From: Terrimicrobiaceae bacterium
GTDB taxonomy: Bacteria; Verrucomicrobiota; Verrucomicrobiia; Chthoniobacterales; Terrimicrobiaceae
Direction of reading: 5' to 3'
NCBI GenBank assembly: GCA_044342325.1
Contig: JBIIPZ010000033.1
Location: 1-34,256 of the forward strand
Length of the DNA: 34,256 nucleotides
A program made the translations under genes and the position numbers. Positions 1 through 8,478 of the stretch are shown here, one piece after another (positions within the stretch are counted from its first letter, which is position 1; every line of letters starts with the position of its first letter). The notes beneath the pieces were generated by a model. It was given only the letters and a program-made list of their open reading frames with translations, was not told where the DNA came from and ran no database searches.

Positions 1-164
1 AACTTGGAAGAAAGGGCATCCAAACTTTCTTCTGTTTCAAAGGAAATTGGTGGCGAGAAATCAATATCTCGACACTTCACCAGTGAACGCTCGAAGGAGT
101 GCAATGCTTGCTTGAGCAGGTTCCAATTGAGATTCAACAAGCTTTCAAGATTTGAAGTGTTCAT
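1..164 (-). CDS. HEPN-like / nucleotidyltransferase substrate-binding protein, putative toxin (runs off the window start)
   Basis: Not in the ORF track. Read manually from ATG 164, which overlaps the MNT stop (ATGA): MNTSNLESLLNLNWNLLKQALHSFERSLVKCRDIDFSPPISFETEESLDALSSK... Helical character and coupling to an MNT gene fit the MNT-HEPN layout. Confidence 0.7.
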   Translation of the reverse strand, partial: MNTSNLESLLNLNWNLLKQALHSFERSLVKCRDIDFSPPISFETEESLDALSSK

Positions 165-448
165 AGGCGGACTGCGGTTTCCAGCACCAAACTCTTGAAG
201 GGATGGTTTTCAGTTTTTTTAAAATTAACCAAGTCAATTTTTTGCTCGCCTATATCATTAAGAATGAGTCTGCGAATCCGGTTCAGGAAAAGTAGGGATA
301 ACTTCTCTTCGGTAAGCAGCAAAAGGTCGATATCACCACCCTTGACAAAATCATTTACCCGAGAACCAAATAGAAAAATATCTGCATTGGGAATGGATTG
401 ATGAATCCGATTTTTTATGGAAGAGTGTATTGTTTGCGACAATCTCAT
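161..448 (-). CDS. Minimal nucleotidyltransferase (MNT) antitoxin
   Basis: 95 aa with LFGSRV...GGDIDLLL...KIDLV, the GS-DxD-D signature of pol-beta-like minimal nucleotidyltransferases. Confidence 0.9.
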   Translation of the reverse strand: MRLSQTIHSSIKNRIHQSIPNADIFLFGSRVNDFVKGGDIDLLLLTEEKLSLLFLNRIRRLILNDIGEQKIDLVNFKKTENHPFKSLVLETAVRL

Positions 449-461
449 AAGGGATAGCGGG

Positions 462-533
462 TAAAAAAGTTAAAGGTGCGAGGGTGAAAGGTGGGAAGGT
501 GGACTTTGCTACTTTGCTACTTTGCTACTTTTT
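462..533. repeat. Short-period tandem repeats, including (ACTTTGCT)x3
   Basis: actttgct repeated three times from ~503, preceded by degenerate 8-mer units (aaaggtgc/gagggtga/aaggtggg). Confidence 0.7.
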
Positions 534-737
534 ACCTTCATACTGTTTTACTTGGAGCACTGATGGCGGAGTCGGAAATGAGTTGGATTTTGAGTTGGTT
601 TTCTTGGTTTGAAAGTGTGGCCATGGCCCTGGGAAAAAAATGTTGCGGATTGCGCGCCGCGGCTGCCCCCCTAATACACTTGAAAATGATCTACAGGAAA
701 GACCCCATGGCGTTCAACAAGAAGTTTCGAGTTTTTT

Positions 738-1088
738 CTAATACGATTTAAGCGCTCGACGAATTTCATCATGGTTACCAACTTCAAAGAAAACTAACTC
801 CCGCTCGGTGGGATGAGGCTGAAAAAGCAAACGCAATCGAATACCCGCACGACATTCAAAAAGATCCTGGCCAAGCTTTCTTATGCCAGCTCCCCTATGC
901 TGGTGAGGAGCACCCCACGCATTCAACATTGATATCAAGGCTTCATTCACCGCAGAGCAATCCTCGGCTGGTAGTTTTCGGAGCTGCCTGATACAGCGCT
1001 CCGTCAACTTAATCTGCCAAGAGATCTTCGAGGTTGCCGGTAAAGGGTTTGAGCGTAGCGGCGCGACGATTTTCCTGGATTTCCTCAT
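738..1088 (-). CDS. RelE/ParE-superfamily toxin; true start probably near 1007-1030
   Basis: IKLTERCIRQLRKL...PHQHRGAGIRKL...FECRAGIRLRLLF...FFEVGNHDEIRR, a RelE-like pattern directly downstream of a Phd-like gene. Confidence 0.75.
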   Translation of the reverse strand: MRKSRKIVAPLRSNPLPATSKISWQIKLTERCIRQLRKLPAEDCSAVNEALISMLNAWGAPHQHRGAGIRKLGQDLFECRAGIRLRLLFQPHPTERELVFFEVGNHDEIRRALKSY

Positions 1089-1287
1089 GAGCTTTTTGAG
1101 ATAGGCGATCTAAATCCGCCTTGGTGGCACCATATTCCCGCAAAGCGTAGTCAGTAGATTCCACTGAAACGGGCCTTAATGCGATAATCTGATCGCCATA
1201 AAGAATCCCAACATCTTCACCGCAGGCTGCGGCTTTCAACCAAAATGTAAGGTTTGATCGGGCTTTGGTAGGGCTGAGCGTTTGCAT
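1009..1287 (-). CDS. Phd/YefM-like antitoxin
   Basis: MQTLSPTKARSNLTFWLKAAACGEDVGI matches the Phd N-terminal pattern. ATG 1287 follows a TTGACA promoter. Confidence 0.75.
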   Translation of the reverse strand: MQTLSPTKARSNLTFWLKAAACGEDVGILYGDQIIALRPVSVESTDYALREYGATKADLDRLSQKAHEEIQENRRAATLKPFTGNLEDLLAD

Positions 1288-1293
1288 GGTGCG

Positions 1294-1322
1294 ATACTCC
1301 GCTTTATTTGCGTCGCTGTCAA
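1294..1322 (-). promoter_or_regulatory. Putative sigma70 promoter, leaderless spacing
   Basis: TTGACA-17 nt-GAGTAT-6 nt-ATG (imperfect -10). Confidence 0.55.
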
Positions 1323-1368
1323 GTCTCAAAAAAACTTTTTCTTAAAAACTCTGTAAGCCATAATTTTT

Positions 1369-1462
1369 TGCGGCATGCCGCAGCCGTAACGAGTAACGGG
1401 TGGCTCGTAACGAGTGAAAACGGTCCCTACGCCTGAATTTTATTCGTGACTATTCGTGGTTT
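1369..1462. repeat. Palindrome plus 7-mer and 10-mer tandem repeats
   Basis: TGCGGCATGCCGCA perfect palindrome (1369-1382), GTAACGA-type units (1386-1415), TATTCGTG twice (~1442-1459). Confidence 0.55.
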
Positions 1463-1493
1463 AAAAATTGGAAAAAAGTGTGAAGGTTAAACG

Positions 1494-1823
1494 TTAAGCG
1501 CCTCTGGCGCAGTGACGAGTGAGAAGGTGGTGGCCGCTCGGCGACCGAGGACCGACTGACTGATGATTCATGACATCAAAGAGCACTATCTCTTCTTCGT
1601 AGACTTTAAAGATCAATCGCCATCTCAAATCCAAGCGAACTTCATGAAAATGAGTCCCGTGAAGTTGCCACAGACCGTATCCCGTGTGGAGATGCGGGTT
1701 GAGCATCAAATCAGGCAAGGCAATCAAAATTTCCCCGATTCTTTGTTTTTGCGAACCTGAAAGATTCCTCCAGGTTTTTATAAACCGCTTAACGGCCCAA
1801 ATTGGAATATTCTTTGGCATCAA
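1494..1823 (-). CDS. RelE/ParE-superfamily toxin with an aberrant C-terminus
   Basis: WAVKRFIKTWRNLS...PHLHTGYGLWQL...HEVRLDLRWRLIF...FDVMNH. Homologous to the toxin at 738-1088 and overlapping the antitoxin stop. Confidence 0.75.
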   Translation of the reverse strand: MMPKNIPIWAVKRFIKTWRNLSGSQKQRIGEILIALPDLMLNPHLHTGYGLWQLHGTHFHEVRLDLRWRLIFKVYEEEIVLFDVMNHQSVGPRSPSGHHLLTRHCARGA

Positions 1824-2092
1824 GCTCGACCAAGAGCTTCTACTGCTTGCGATCCCGTATTTCCAAGAAATGCCAATGTCCCTTCGCTCCTATCCCTTTC
1901 AATCTCAGGATCAAAATCTTCCAAAGCACTGCCTGGAATTTTGGGGTGAAAGCAGAAATCTGCTTCCGTTACTTTCAACAAGGTCACAGCAGGTTGAGAC
2001 CCACGCAGAATAACGACCTCCTCCCCCAGCTCCGCTGCCTCAATGAGTGAACTTAAATGGGTTTTTGCTTGTGAAATATTGACCAGTTTCAT
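1820..2092 (-). CDS. Phd/YefM antitoxin
   Basis: MKLVNISQAKTHLSSLIEAAELGEEVVILRGSQPAVTL is the classic prevent-host-death motif. Confidence 0.9.
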   Translation of the reverse strand: MKLVNISQAKTHLSSLIEAAELGEEVVILRGSQPAVTLLKVTEADFCFHPKIPGSALEDFDPEIERDRSEGTLAFLGNTGSQAVEALGRA

Positions 2093-2098
2093 AGACCA

Positions 2099-2126
2099 AC
2101 TATGAGGTTTGATTTTTACTTGTCAA
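2099..2126 (-). promoter_or_regulatory. Putative sigma70 promoter of the phd-relE operon
   Basis: TTGACA-16 nt-CATAGT-6 nt-ATG; a CATAG/CTATG inverted pair around the start could be an operator. Confidence 0.55.
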
Positions 2127-2375
2127 TTATCCAATGTCGATTTGCTCACCTCGGTTTGATATTTGAACAAGAAGGAGAAAGATCCGCCTCCGCGCTGCGG
2201 GACTACGGCGTGACTTTTTGGTAACTGGTAGCGAGGGGCTAGTAACTGGAAAGACGATGAAAAAGCTTAAAGGCTGAGACTGGGATGCGGGAAGGGTGCA
2301 GAAAAAGCTGTGTATTGCAAATTAAACTTAGCCAGACCCCGCTTAGGGTCGGTCACACATTTTATCATGTTGATT

Positions 2376-2880
2376 CACTAGTGTCCGGTTGAGAGAAGAA
2401 ATGGTTTAAACTAAGAATTCAAGATGAAGCAATTGCAACCGAAAATAGGTGTGACGCATTTGAAGATCACAGCGTTGGATCGCATTAAAATACGGAATAT
2501 ATACGCCTATAAATTTTACTCGCCATGTTCTTGCCCAAATTTTGGATCTCGTGCATCGAGAAACACTCTCTCGCCTGGTCAGCAAAAACAACGCGGAGTC
2601 CAAGGTCAGGCACTTTGGAGTTCGATAGCAGTTGATTTGCATCGCATTTGCTCATTTAACTTGGCGCAATGGGCTTCCGGATATCGAATCGCGCCTAAAT
2701 AACAAACCCAAAAAGCTTTATCATCTGGGCTTTCGTGAACCAGTAGCCAAATCGACCTTGGCCGATGCCAAAGAAACTCGCGGCTGGAGACTCTGGGAGA
2801 ATTTGGGGTTGGACTTGGCCAATACGATTTACGCTCTGGATTCTTCAACAATCGATCTGACGATGTCGGTATTACCCGTG
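2376..2880 (+). mobile_element. IS4-family (DUF4372-type) insertion sequence remnant
   Basis: Probable left end CACTAGTGTCCGGTTGA (2376-2392) followed by a decayed transposase frame; the right part is missing. Confidence 0.75.
2509..2880 (+). pseudogene. IS4 transposase pseudogene
   Basis: Frame from ATA 2509: INFTRHVLAQILDLVHRETLSRLV...RHFGVR*QLICIAFAHLTWRNGLPDIE...KLYHLGFREPVAKSTLADA...YALDSSTIDL. It has a lost start, an in-frame TAG, an apparent internal deletion, and ends after the first catalytic Asp. Confidence 0.85.
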
Positions 2881-2900
2881 CTATTTCTTCATATCATTGT

Positions 2901-4178
2901 TCACCGTGTAATAGTTGATTTTACATTTGCGTCCTCGGGAGAATTGCGGGCCGATGAGGCTAATTGGGCAAGTGCGATGCACATGGCTCCTATTCCCAGG
3001 GATGCAGTGGCGTAGGGATTGACGGTCCCCATTCCAAACACTGCTACCAAAGAGATCGCAAAGAAGGCGACGGCTTCGGGACATCGATCAGCATTGCTCC
3101 ATTCCTGCCATGCGATTCTCACCGGCAGGAGAAAGGCAAGGAGATAAATGGCCAAACCTGCGAGGCCAATTTTTCGGAAGAGGTTGAGCAGATCGAGTTC
3201 GATCGAGAAACCAGTCTTCGAATCCACAGGGGAACCGAATCCGGCTCCGCATACGGGATGTTTAATAAAGGAGGTTGTGAGCGTTTTTGCCTGTTCCCAA
3301 CGCAAGGCGGCCGTGCCGTCGCGATCGTCCAAACGCAAACGACTCCCAGTCTTTGAAACGAGCAAACTCGGCAACAAGACCAAGATTACCGCCATAACGG
3401 GAAGCAGAAATTTCAGGCATCGGCCACGCCAGTGGAGTAGCGCCAAAAGCACGGCCACCACGGGCACCAAAGCCCAGATCGACCTAGTGTAGGGATTCCA
3501 AAGCACGGCGACTGTCAAAAAAAACGCTACCCAGTCCCATCGGCTACCGCACCGTGAGACTAGGCGGAATGCGGACATGGCAGACACCACGAAAACGAGA
3601 ATGTAGCTCTTTAAAAAGAGGCGATAGGGCCGGTCGTCCGTGAATTCATTCAAAAAACCCAAATCGCGGGTGCGCAAAAACTCCTCAACGAAGTGAGAGG
3701 AAGCAGGACTGATCACTGATGCCAGATAAACCGCCAGACAAAGAACGCAAAAGATAGCGACGATACGTTGCAACACGCGTAAGATCCACCCCCTGTCTTC
3801 CGGATCCAATGAAAGGGCCATCGGCACTGCCGCCCAATAAAAGACATGCCCGTTTGCATCGTTTAAAATATCCTCGATTGGAAATCCACTCAGCAGACCT
3901 CGGATGGCTCCCCAGAGAGGAACCAGTGTGCCAAGAAGGAGAATCGTGATTCCAAACCAACCTCGAAGCGGGGAGAGAAATGGCCCTCGATCGCTCTTTG
4001 GAAGCCAGAAAAAGAGGAGAACGGCTGAAGCCATAGCGCCTGCGAACAGAGCAAACCGCAAAGAGTAGCCATCCAGCGTTGGCAAGCGGCCATGTTGAAG
4101 GAAGACCAGATCTGCCAGAATCAGAAAAACCAACCCGCGCAAGACGGCTCGAGCCTGATCAATCCTGGAGTTGTTCAA
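2901..4178 (-). CDS. O-antigen ligase / Wzy polymerase-like membrane protein
   Basis: About 11-12 hydrophobic segments; TRSIW, R-W-EQ...HPVCGAGFG and NPY motifs resemble Wzy_C/WaaL proteins. Confidence 0.7.
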   Translation of the reverse strand: MNNSRIDQARAVLRGLVFLILADLVFLQHGRLPTLDGYSLRFALFAGAMASAVLLFFWLPKSDRGPFLSPLRGWFGITILLLGTLVPLWGAIRGLLSGFPIEDILNDANGHVFYWAAVPMALSLDPEDRGWILRVLQRIVAIFCVLCLAVYLASVISPASSHFVEEFLRTRDLGFLNEFTDDRPYRLFLKSYILVFVVSAMSAFRLVSRCGSRWDWVAFFLTVAVLWNPYTRSIWALVPVVAVLLALLHWRGRCLKFLLPVMAVILVLLPSLLVSKTGSRLRLDDRDGTAALRWEQAKTLTTSFIKHPVCGAGFGSPVDSKTGFSIELDLLNLFRKIGLAGLAIYLLAFLLPVRIAWQEWSNADRCPEAVAFFAISLVAVFGMGTVNPYATASLGIGAMCIALAQLASSARNSPEDANVKSTITR

Positions 4179-4182
4179 AACG

Positions 4183-4231
4183 AAAAAAAACCGGGAAGCA
4201 TCGAGACCGAGGTCTACGGGTGCTTCCCGGT
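4183..4231 (-). terminator. Rho-independent terminator after the small secreted protein gene
   Basis: AACCGGGAAGCA...TGCTTCCCGGTT stem with an inner AGACC/GGTCT stem, followed by a T-run on the minus strand. Confidence 0.8.
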
Positions 4232-4261
4232 TGGTTTAGTTATTTTCCTAGAAAACTCGAA

Positions 4262-4603
4262 TTAGTTCGAGAGATCCGTGGTCTGACCAGTCACAGGGTT
4301 GGTCTGAACGAAAGGATTTGCCTTGGCTTCCGAAATCGAAAGCTTCGGGAAGCTGACTTTGTCACCCTTGACACCGTTTCCGGATTTGGATGTGCCGGCT
4401 GTGATTTTCACGCTTTTGAGGCCCTTCAAAGGAAAGGACTTTGTCGAACCAGGCGAGATTTTTTTGATAGTGCCGCCAACTTTGTAGAAATAAGTCTTAT
4501 TTCCTTCGTTGGTAACTTTGATGGATTTGGTTTTCGCTGCATGTGACAACGACGAAGCGGCGATCATCACTGCAGTGACGAGTAATATGGTTTTTTTGAT
4601 CAT
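4262..4603 (-). CDS. Small secreted Lys/Ser/Thr-rich hypothetical protein
   Basis: Signal peptide MIKKTILLVTAVMIAASSLSHA, beta-rich mature part, own terminator. Confidence 0.75.
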   Translation of the reverse strand: MIKKTILLVTAVMIAASSLSHAAKTKSIKVTNEGNKTYFYKVGGTIKKISPGSTKSFPLKGLKSVKITAGTSKSGNGVKGDKVSFPKLSISEAKANPFVQTNPVTGQTTDLSN

Positions 4604-4781
4604 ATGATTTTGTTTTAGTTAACTACAGCCCTACACAACCCTCGAGAGTATGAGCGGAGCCTTTGGCAGACTATCCCGCAGCGAGTTTCCGTCAATATTT
4701 TTTTTGAAACTTTTTGAATTTTTTTTGGGCGGCGAAATATGCAATGGAATCGCGCGACTTCAGGGATACGGAAATGACGGG

Positions 4782-6458
4782 TTAATCCGCAAACATTGCT
4801 GAGATGGAAGGGGAGGAATTTTTGGAGGAATATGCGCGGGCCGCGTCGGGATTTCGCTGTTTCCATTGCTGGGCGACTTCCCGCGCGGTCTTAGTGCGGG
4901 ACTCCGGCGCGGTGATTGCCAATGCCCATTCCATGGCCATCTCGGGATCCTCTCGCGCGAGGGATAAGGCCAAACGGCCTGCCGCTCCATCGATCGCAGG
5001 CCCCTTGGGTTTGGAAGACAGCCAAGCCGCCGCAGACTCCGCATCAATCTCACTCCACACCTCCACGAGCGCGCTATTCGCGGAAGCTTGCAGGGCGGGA
5101 GGAATGGAGCCGATCTGACGCGTGGCCTCGGCGGGGTCGACGCGGGCGATGCCGCGAATACCAGATTGAACAGCCAGATCCCTCGCTTCATCGAATCCAT
5201 TGGCACCAAGGATTCCCCATTGGAGGACGCTGGCAGGGTCCTCGCCTGCCCAAGAATTCACAAGGCTGGTTAAAGCGGCGTTTCGATCTCCACCGGTCAA
5301 GCGGGCGGCTTCGCCAAGCGCTCCGGAGGGATCGGTGCGGGCCCATTCCGAGTAAAAGCCATCCAAGGCCTCAAGACGGGCGCTTCCTTGGGGGAGGCCA
5401 CCAATCCAAGACGCAACCTCTTTTTTCGGAGCGGAGGAATTAGCCATGGCGCTGGCGACTTCCGATGTGGCTGAGTCGAGGGCCGGGCCGGGCGGGATTT
5501 TCGACAGGGCGGCTGCAGCAGCAGAAGGATCATTTGCTGACCAATTTTCAAAGAGGTCGGAGATCGCTGCTTGATAAGCCATGCCAGATGGCATTTGCTC
5601 TAAGACGGCATCAAAAACCTGCTTGCTGTCGGCTTCCGGAGAGGCACTGAGAAATGCAAGCAGATCCGAACGAACGGCAGGATCGGCGCTCTTCTTTGCG
5701 TGATCCAAGGCAGCGCCGGGATCGGCGGAGACCCAAGACTCGGCGGTTGCCGCTAGAGCATTCGCGCGGATGGCAGGGTCCTCAATCATTGTAAGCGCCT
5801 TCATTGCGGAAGCAGGGTTGCTCTCCGCCTCCTTGGCGATGACTTTTGCCACGATGAGTTCGCGGAGGTCAGAATCCTCAACGCTGTCCGCCAAAGACAG
5901 AGTCCGCTCAATGTTTCCAGAAGGAAGGCCCGAGGCTATCCAACGAAGAGCCTGATCACGATCATCGCCGACTGGCAGGGACTCCGCGAAGCGAAGGGCC
6001 TCCGAGGGATTTTGCTCGGCCAATGCGCCAAGCGAAAGCATGAGGGCCATATCGCGCTCGGCGCCTTCGGGCATTTCGAGTGCGGATTTGGCCATGTCCT
6101 GAGGATTTCCAGTGCGCAGGCGGGGAAGAAGATTTTCAAGGGCCGCAACGACCTCCCGATGGCTTCGAGCTTCGCCCAAAACGGCGAGAGCCTTGCCGGT
6201 CTCTGAGAACGAAGCCACAGGAGCAACCTGCGGAACAATCGCAGGCGTTGCCGGAGCGATTGGCTTTGTTTTCCCATCGGCCTGGGAGGACTGCATTGTC
6301 GAGCTTGCCTCGCCGCCATTCGAGTAGGCTTGAAGATCGTTTTTATCGCTCAAAGCGGAATCCTGTGTAGGAACGGGGTCGAGACGGCCTTTGAGAAGGT
6401 AGCCGGCCCCCAAGCCAAGGAATGCGCCCAAAATAAGGAGTGAGATGCTTTTCATCAT
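4782..6458 (-). CDS. Membrane-anchored exported alpha-helical repeat protein
   Basis: N-terminal hydrophobic anchor, Ala/Pro/Ser/Thr linker, then many W-x3-DP-x-AA-type repeats. Confidence 0.8.
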   Translation of the reverse strand: MMKSISLLILGAFLGLGAGYLLKGRLDPVPTQDSALSDKNDLQAYSNGGEASSTMQSSQADGKTKPIAPATPAIVPQVAPVASFSETGKALAVLGEARSHREVVAALENLLPRLRTGNPQDMAKSALEMPEGAERDMALMLSLGALAEQNPSEALRFAESLPVGDDRDQALRWIASGLPSGNIERTLSLADSVEDSDLRELIVAKVIAKEAESNPASAMKALTMIEDPAIRANALAATAESWVSADPGAALDHAKKSADPAVRSDLLAFLSASPEADSKQVFDAVLEQMPSGMAYQAAISDLFENWSANDPSAAAAALSKIPPGPALDSATSEVASAMANSSAPKKEVASWIGGLPQGSARLEALDGFYSEWARTDPSGALGEAARLTGGDRNAALTSLVNSWAGEDPASVLQWGILGANGFDEARDLAVQSGIRGIARVDPAEATRQIGSIPPALQASANSALVEVWSEIDAESAAAWLSSKPKGPAIDGAAGRLALSLAREDPEMAMEWALAITAPESRTKTAREVAQQWKQRNPDAARAYSSKNSSPSISAMFAD

Positions 6459-6537
6459 AATGTGAAGGTTGGTTTGTTTGGAAAACTTGGGATCGTAGAT
6501 CGGGAGGAACTATCTATCCGGGTATTCGAAAATCAAG

Positions 6538-8478
6538 TCAGGCCGATTCTTTTCCAGCAGAGTTCAGAAATCCCTGCGCTTGGGAATCCGGGCTCTGCGA
6601 ACCGCCGTGGGAATCGGCGATCAGTGAAGCCATCCAGCCCGTCACCTCGGTGGGAGGCATGTAGTGGAGACGCCATCTCATCGCCTCCAATGGCTCCGCC
6701 ACCGACGGGACGGTGGACTGCAAAATCCGCCGGATTTTTGAATGGGATGATGGAGCAATGCTCTCGCTAGGATGAATGGGCGTCTCGCGAAGTTTTTCCC
6801 CGGGCCGCAGACCGGTGTAAACAATCGAAATGTCGCGGTCGGGCTTGAAGCCCTGCAACTCGATCATCTGGCGCGCGAGTTGATCGATGCGGATCGGAAA
6901 GCCCATGTCGAGAACGAAAGAATCGGCTGGCCCGGCAAAGGTGGCGGATTGAAGAATCAATCCAACCGCCTCGGGGATGCTCATGAAATAACGCTCCACC
7001 TCGGGATGGGTCACGGTCACGGGCCCGCCCATGGCGATCTGGCGGCGGAAAACGGGAACCACGCTGCCGGAGGAGTCCAGGACATTGCCGAAGCGCACGG
7101 AGCAGAAAACGGTAGGGCTGCCATCCCGCCCCTGCAACTCGGAGAGCACAAGTTCAGCGAGACGCTTGCTGGCTCCCATGGCATTCGAGGGATCCACGGC
7201 TTTGTCGGTCGAGACCAGAACGAATCTCCTGGCTCCATGTCTTTGAGCAGCGCGGGCACAAAAAAGGGTGCCAAAAGTGTTGTTCCAAACTGCCTCGCCG
7301 GGCTGCTTCTCCATCAACGGGACATGCTTGTGGGCCGCCGCGTGGAAAACAATTGTGGGCAAATGAGTGGAAAACACAGTTTCCAATTGGTGCTCATTGC
7401 AAACACTACCGGCCAAAGCCTCCAAGGCGACTGATGGATAATCCCGTAAAATTTCCTGCTCCACCTCGAAAAGCGCCGGCTCTGCCCGCTCCATAAGGAT
7501 AAGCACCTCCGGGTTACGGGCGGCAATCTGGCGGCAGAGCTCCCGTCCAATGCTGCCGCCGGCACCCGTCACTAGGACACGTGCGCCATGAATGAAGGAA
7601 TTGATTGCATCTTCATCCAGCAAAACAGGGGCACGGCCAAGCAAATCCTCCGGCGCAACATGGCGAAGGCGCTCCACCGAGAACTTCCGGGTGAGAATGC
7701 AATTCACCGATGGCAGAATATCGTGGTCAATGCCTGCTGTGTTCAAGTCTGACACGAGCCTGGAAATCAGGGCCGGAGATGCTCCAGGCATTGCTATGAT
7801 GGCCTTCGCAATTTCCAGCCTGGACATGGCTGGGAGCATTTCCTCGAAATTGGAAACCACGGGGATTCCATGGAGCGTGCGATCGATTTTTTTGAAATCA
7901 TCATCAAAAAAGCAAACCACATCCAAGCCGAGCCCCGGCTTGCTTTGTATCTCGCGGGCAAGCACCGCGCCGGCCTGGCCTGCACCAAGGATCGCCACTC
8001 TCTTGGCCTGCGCGGCGTGAGCTCTTTTGGCGAAGAAACGGTCCCGAAGAATCCTCATAACAATCCGCAACCCGCAGACCCCGAGGAATGAGAGAATAAA
8101 ATCTACCACGATTGTGCCCCTCGGAATCATTCCCGCTCCACCCGAGACAAACCAAGCCGCGAGTTGGAAGATCGCTGCAGAGCCCAGAGCCACAAAAATC
8201 ATTTTGGCATCCGGAAAACTAAAAAAAGTCAGCAGACTCCGGAATTGTCCGAATGCTGCAAGGATGGCTAATTTCAGAGCAATGACCCATAGAATGGATT
8301 CCGCCCACCTTTGCAGAAACTCCGGCGGTATATTCAGATCGAACCGGGTCAAGAGCGCCAACAAGGAGGAAACACAAAATATCAGTGCGTAGGACGCCAG
8401 CAAGAGAGGGCCGCGCAGTGGGCCGGCAACCAGATCATGCAAAGATTGAGAAAATCTATTTCCGCGCGCTGTTCGCAT
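6538..8478 (-). CDS. Membrane-bound nucleoside-diphosphate sugar 4,6-dehydratase (PglF/WbpM/CapD family)
   Basis: N-terminal TM helices, GAGQAG, GAGGSIG, HAAAHKHVPLME, STDKAV..MGASKR, GLRPGEKL. The likely start ATG 8478 overlaps the upstream TGA. Confidence 0.93.
   Translation of the reverse strand: MRTARGNRFSQSLHDLVAGPLRGPLLLASYALIFCVSSLLALLTRFDLNIPPEFLQRWAESILWVIALKLAILAAFGQFRSLLTFFSFPDAKMIFVALGSAAIFQLAAWFVSGGAGMIPRGTIVVDFILSFLGVCGLRIVMRILRDRFFAKRAHAAQAKRVAILGAGQAGAVLAREIQSKPGLGLDVVCFFDDDFKKIDRTLHGIPVVSNFEEMLPAMSRLEIAKAIIAMPGASPALISRLVSDLNTAGIDHDILPSVNCILTRKFSVERLRHVAPEDLLGRAPVLLDEDAINSFIHGARVLVTGAGGSIGRELCRQIAARNPEVLILMERAEPALFEVEQEILRDYPSVALEALAGSVCNEHQLETVFSTHLPTIVFHAAAHKHVPLMEKQPGEAVWNNTFGTLFCARAAQRHGARRFVLVSTDKAVDPSNAMGASKRLAELVLSELQGRDGSPTVFCSVRFGNVLDSSGSVVPVFRRQIAMGGPVTVTHPEVERYFMSIPEAVGLILQSATFAGPADSFVLDMGFPIRIDQLARQMIELQGFKPDRDISIVYTGLRPGEKLRETPIHPSESIAPSSHSKIRRILQSTVPSVAEPLEAMRWRLHYMPPTEVTGWMASLIADSHGGSQSPDSQAQGFLNSAGKESA

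Noticed and set aside
491..751. 86-aa plus-strand ORF
   Set aside because: Translates through tandem repeats, lies opposite to its neighbours and has no motif.
449..2375. Integron attC sites or a CRISPR array in the TA spacers
   Set aside because: No convincing RYYYAAC...GTTRRRY paired boxes and no constant repeat with unique spacers.
2632..3015. 127-aa ORF as an intact gene
   Set aside because: It is the post-stop fragment of the IS4 pseudogene reading into the convergent gene.
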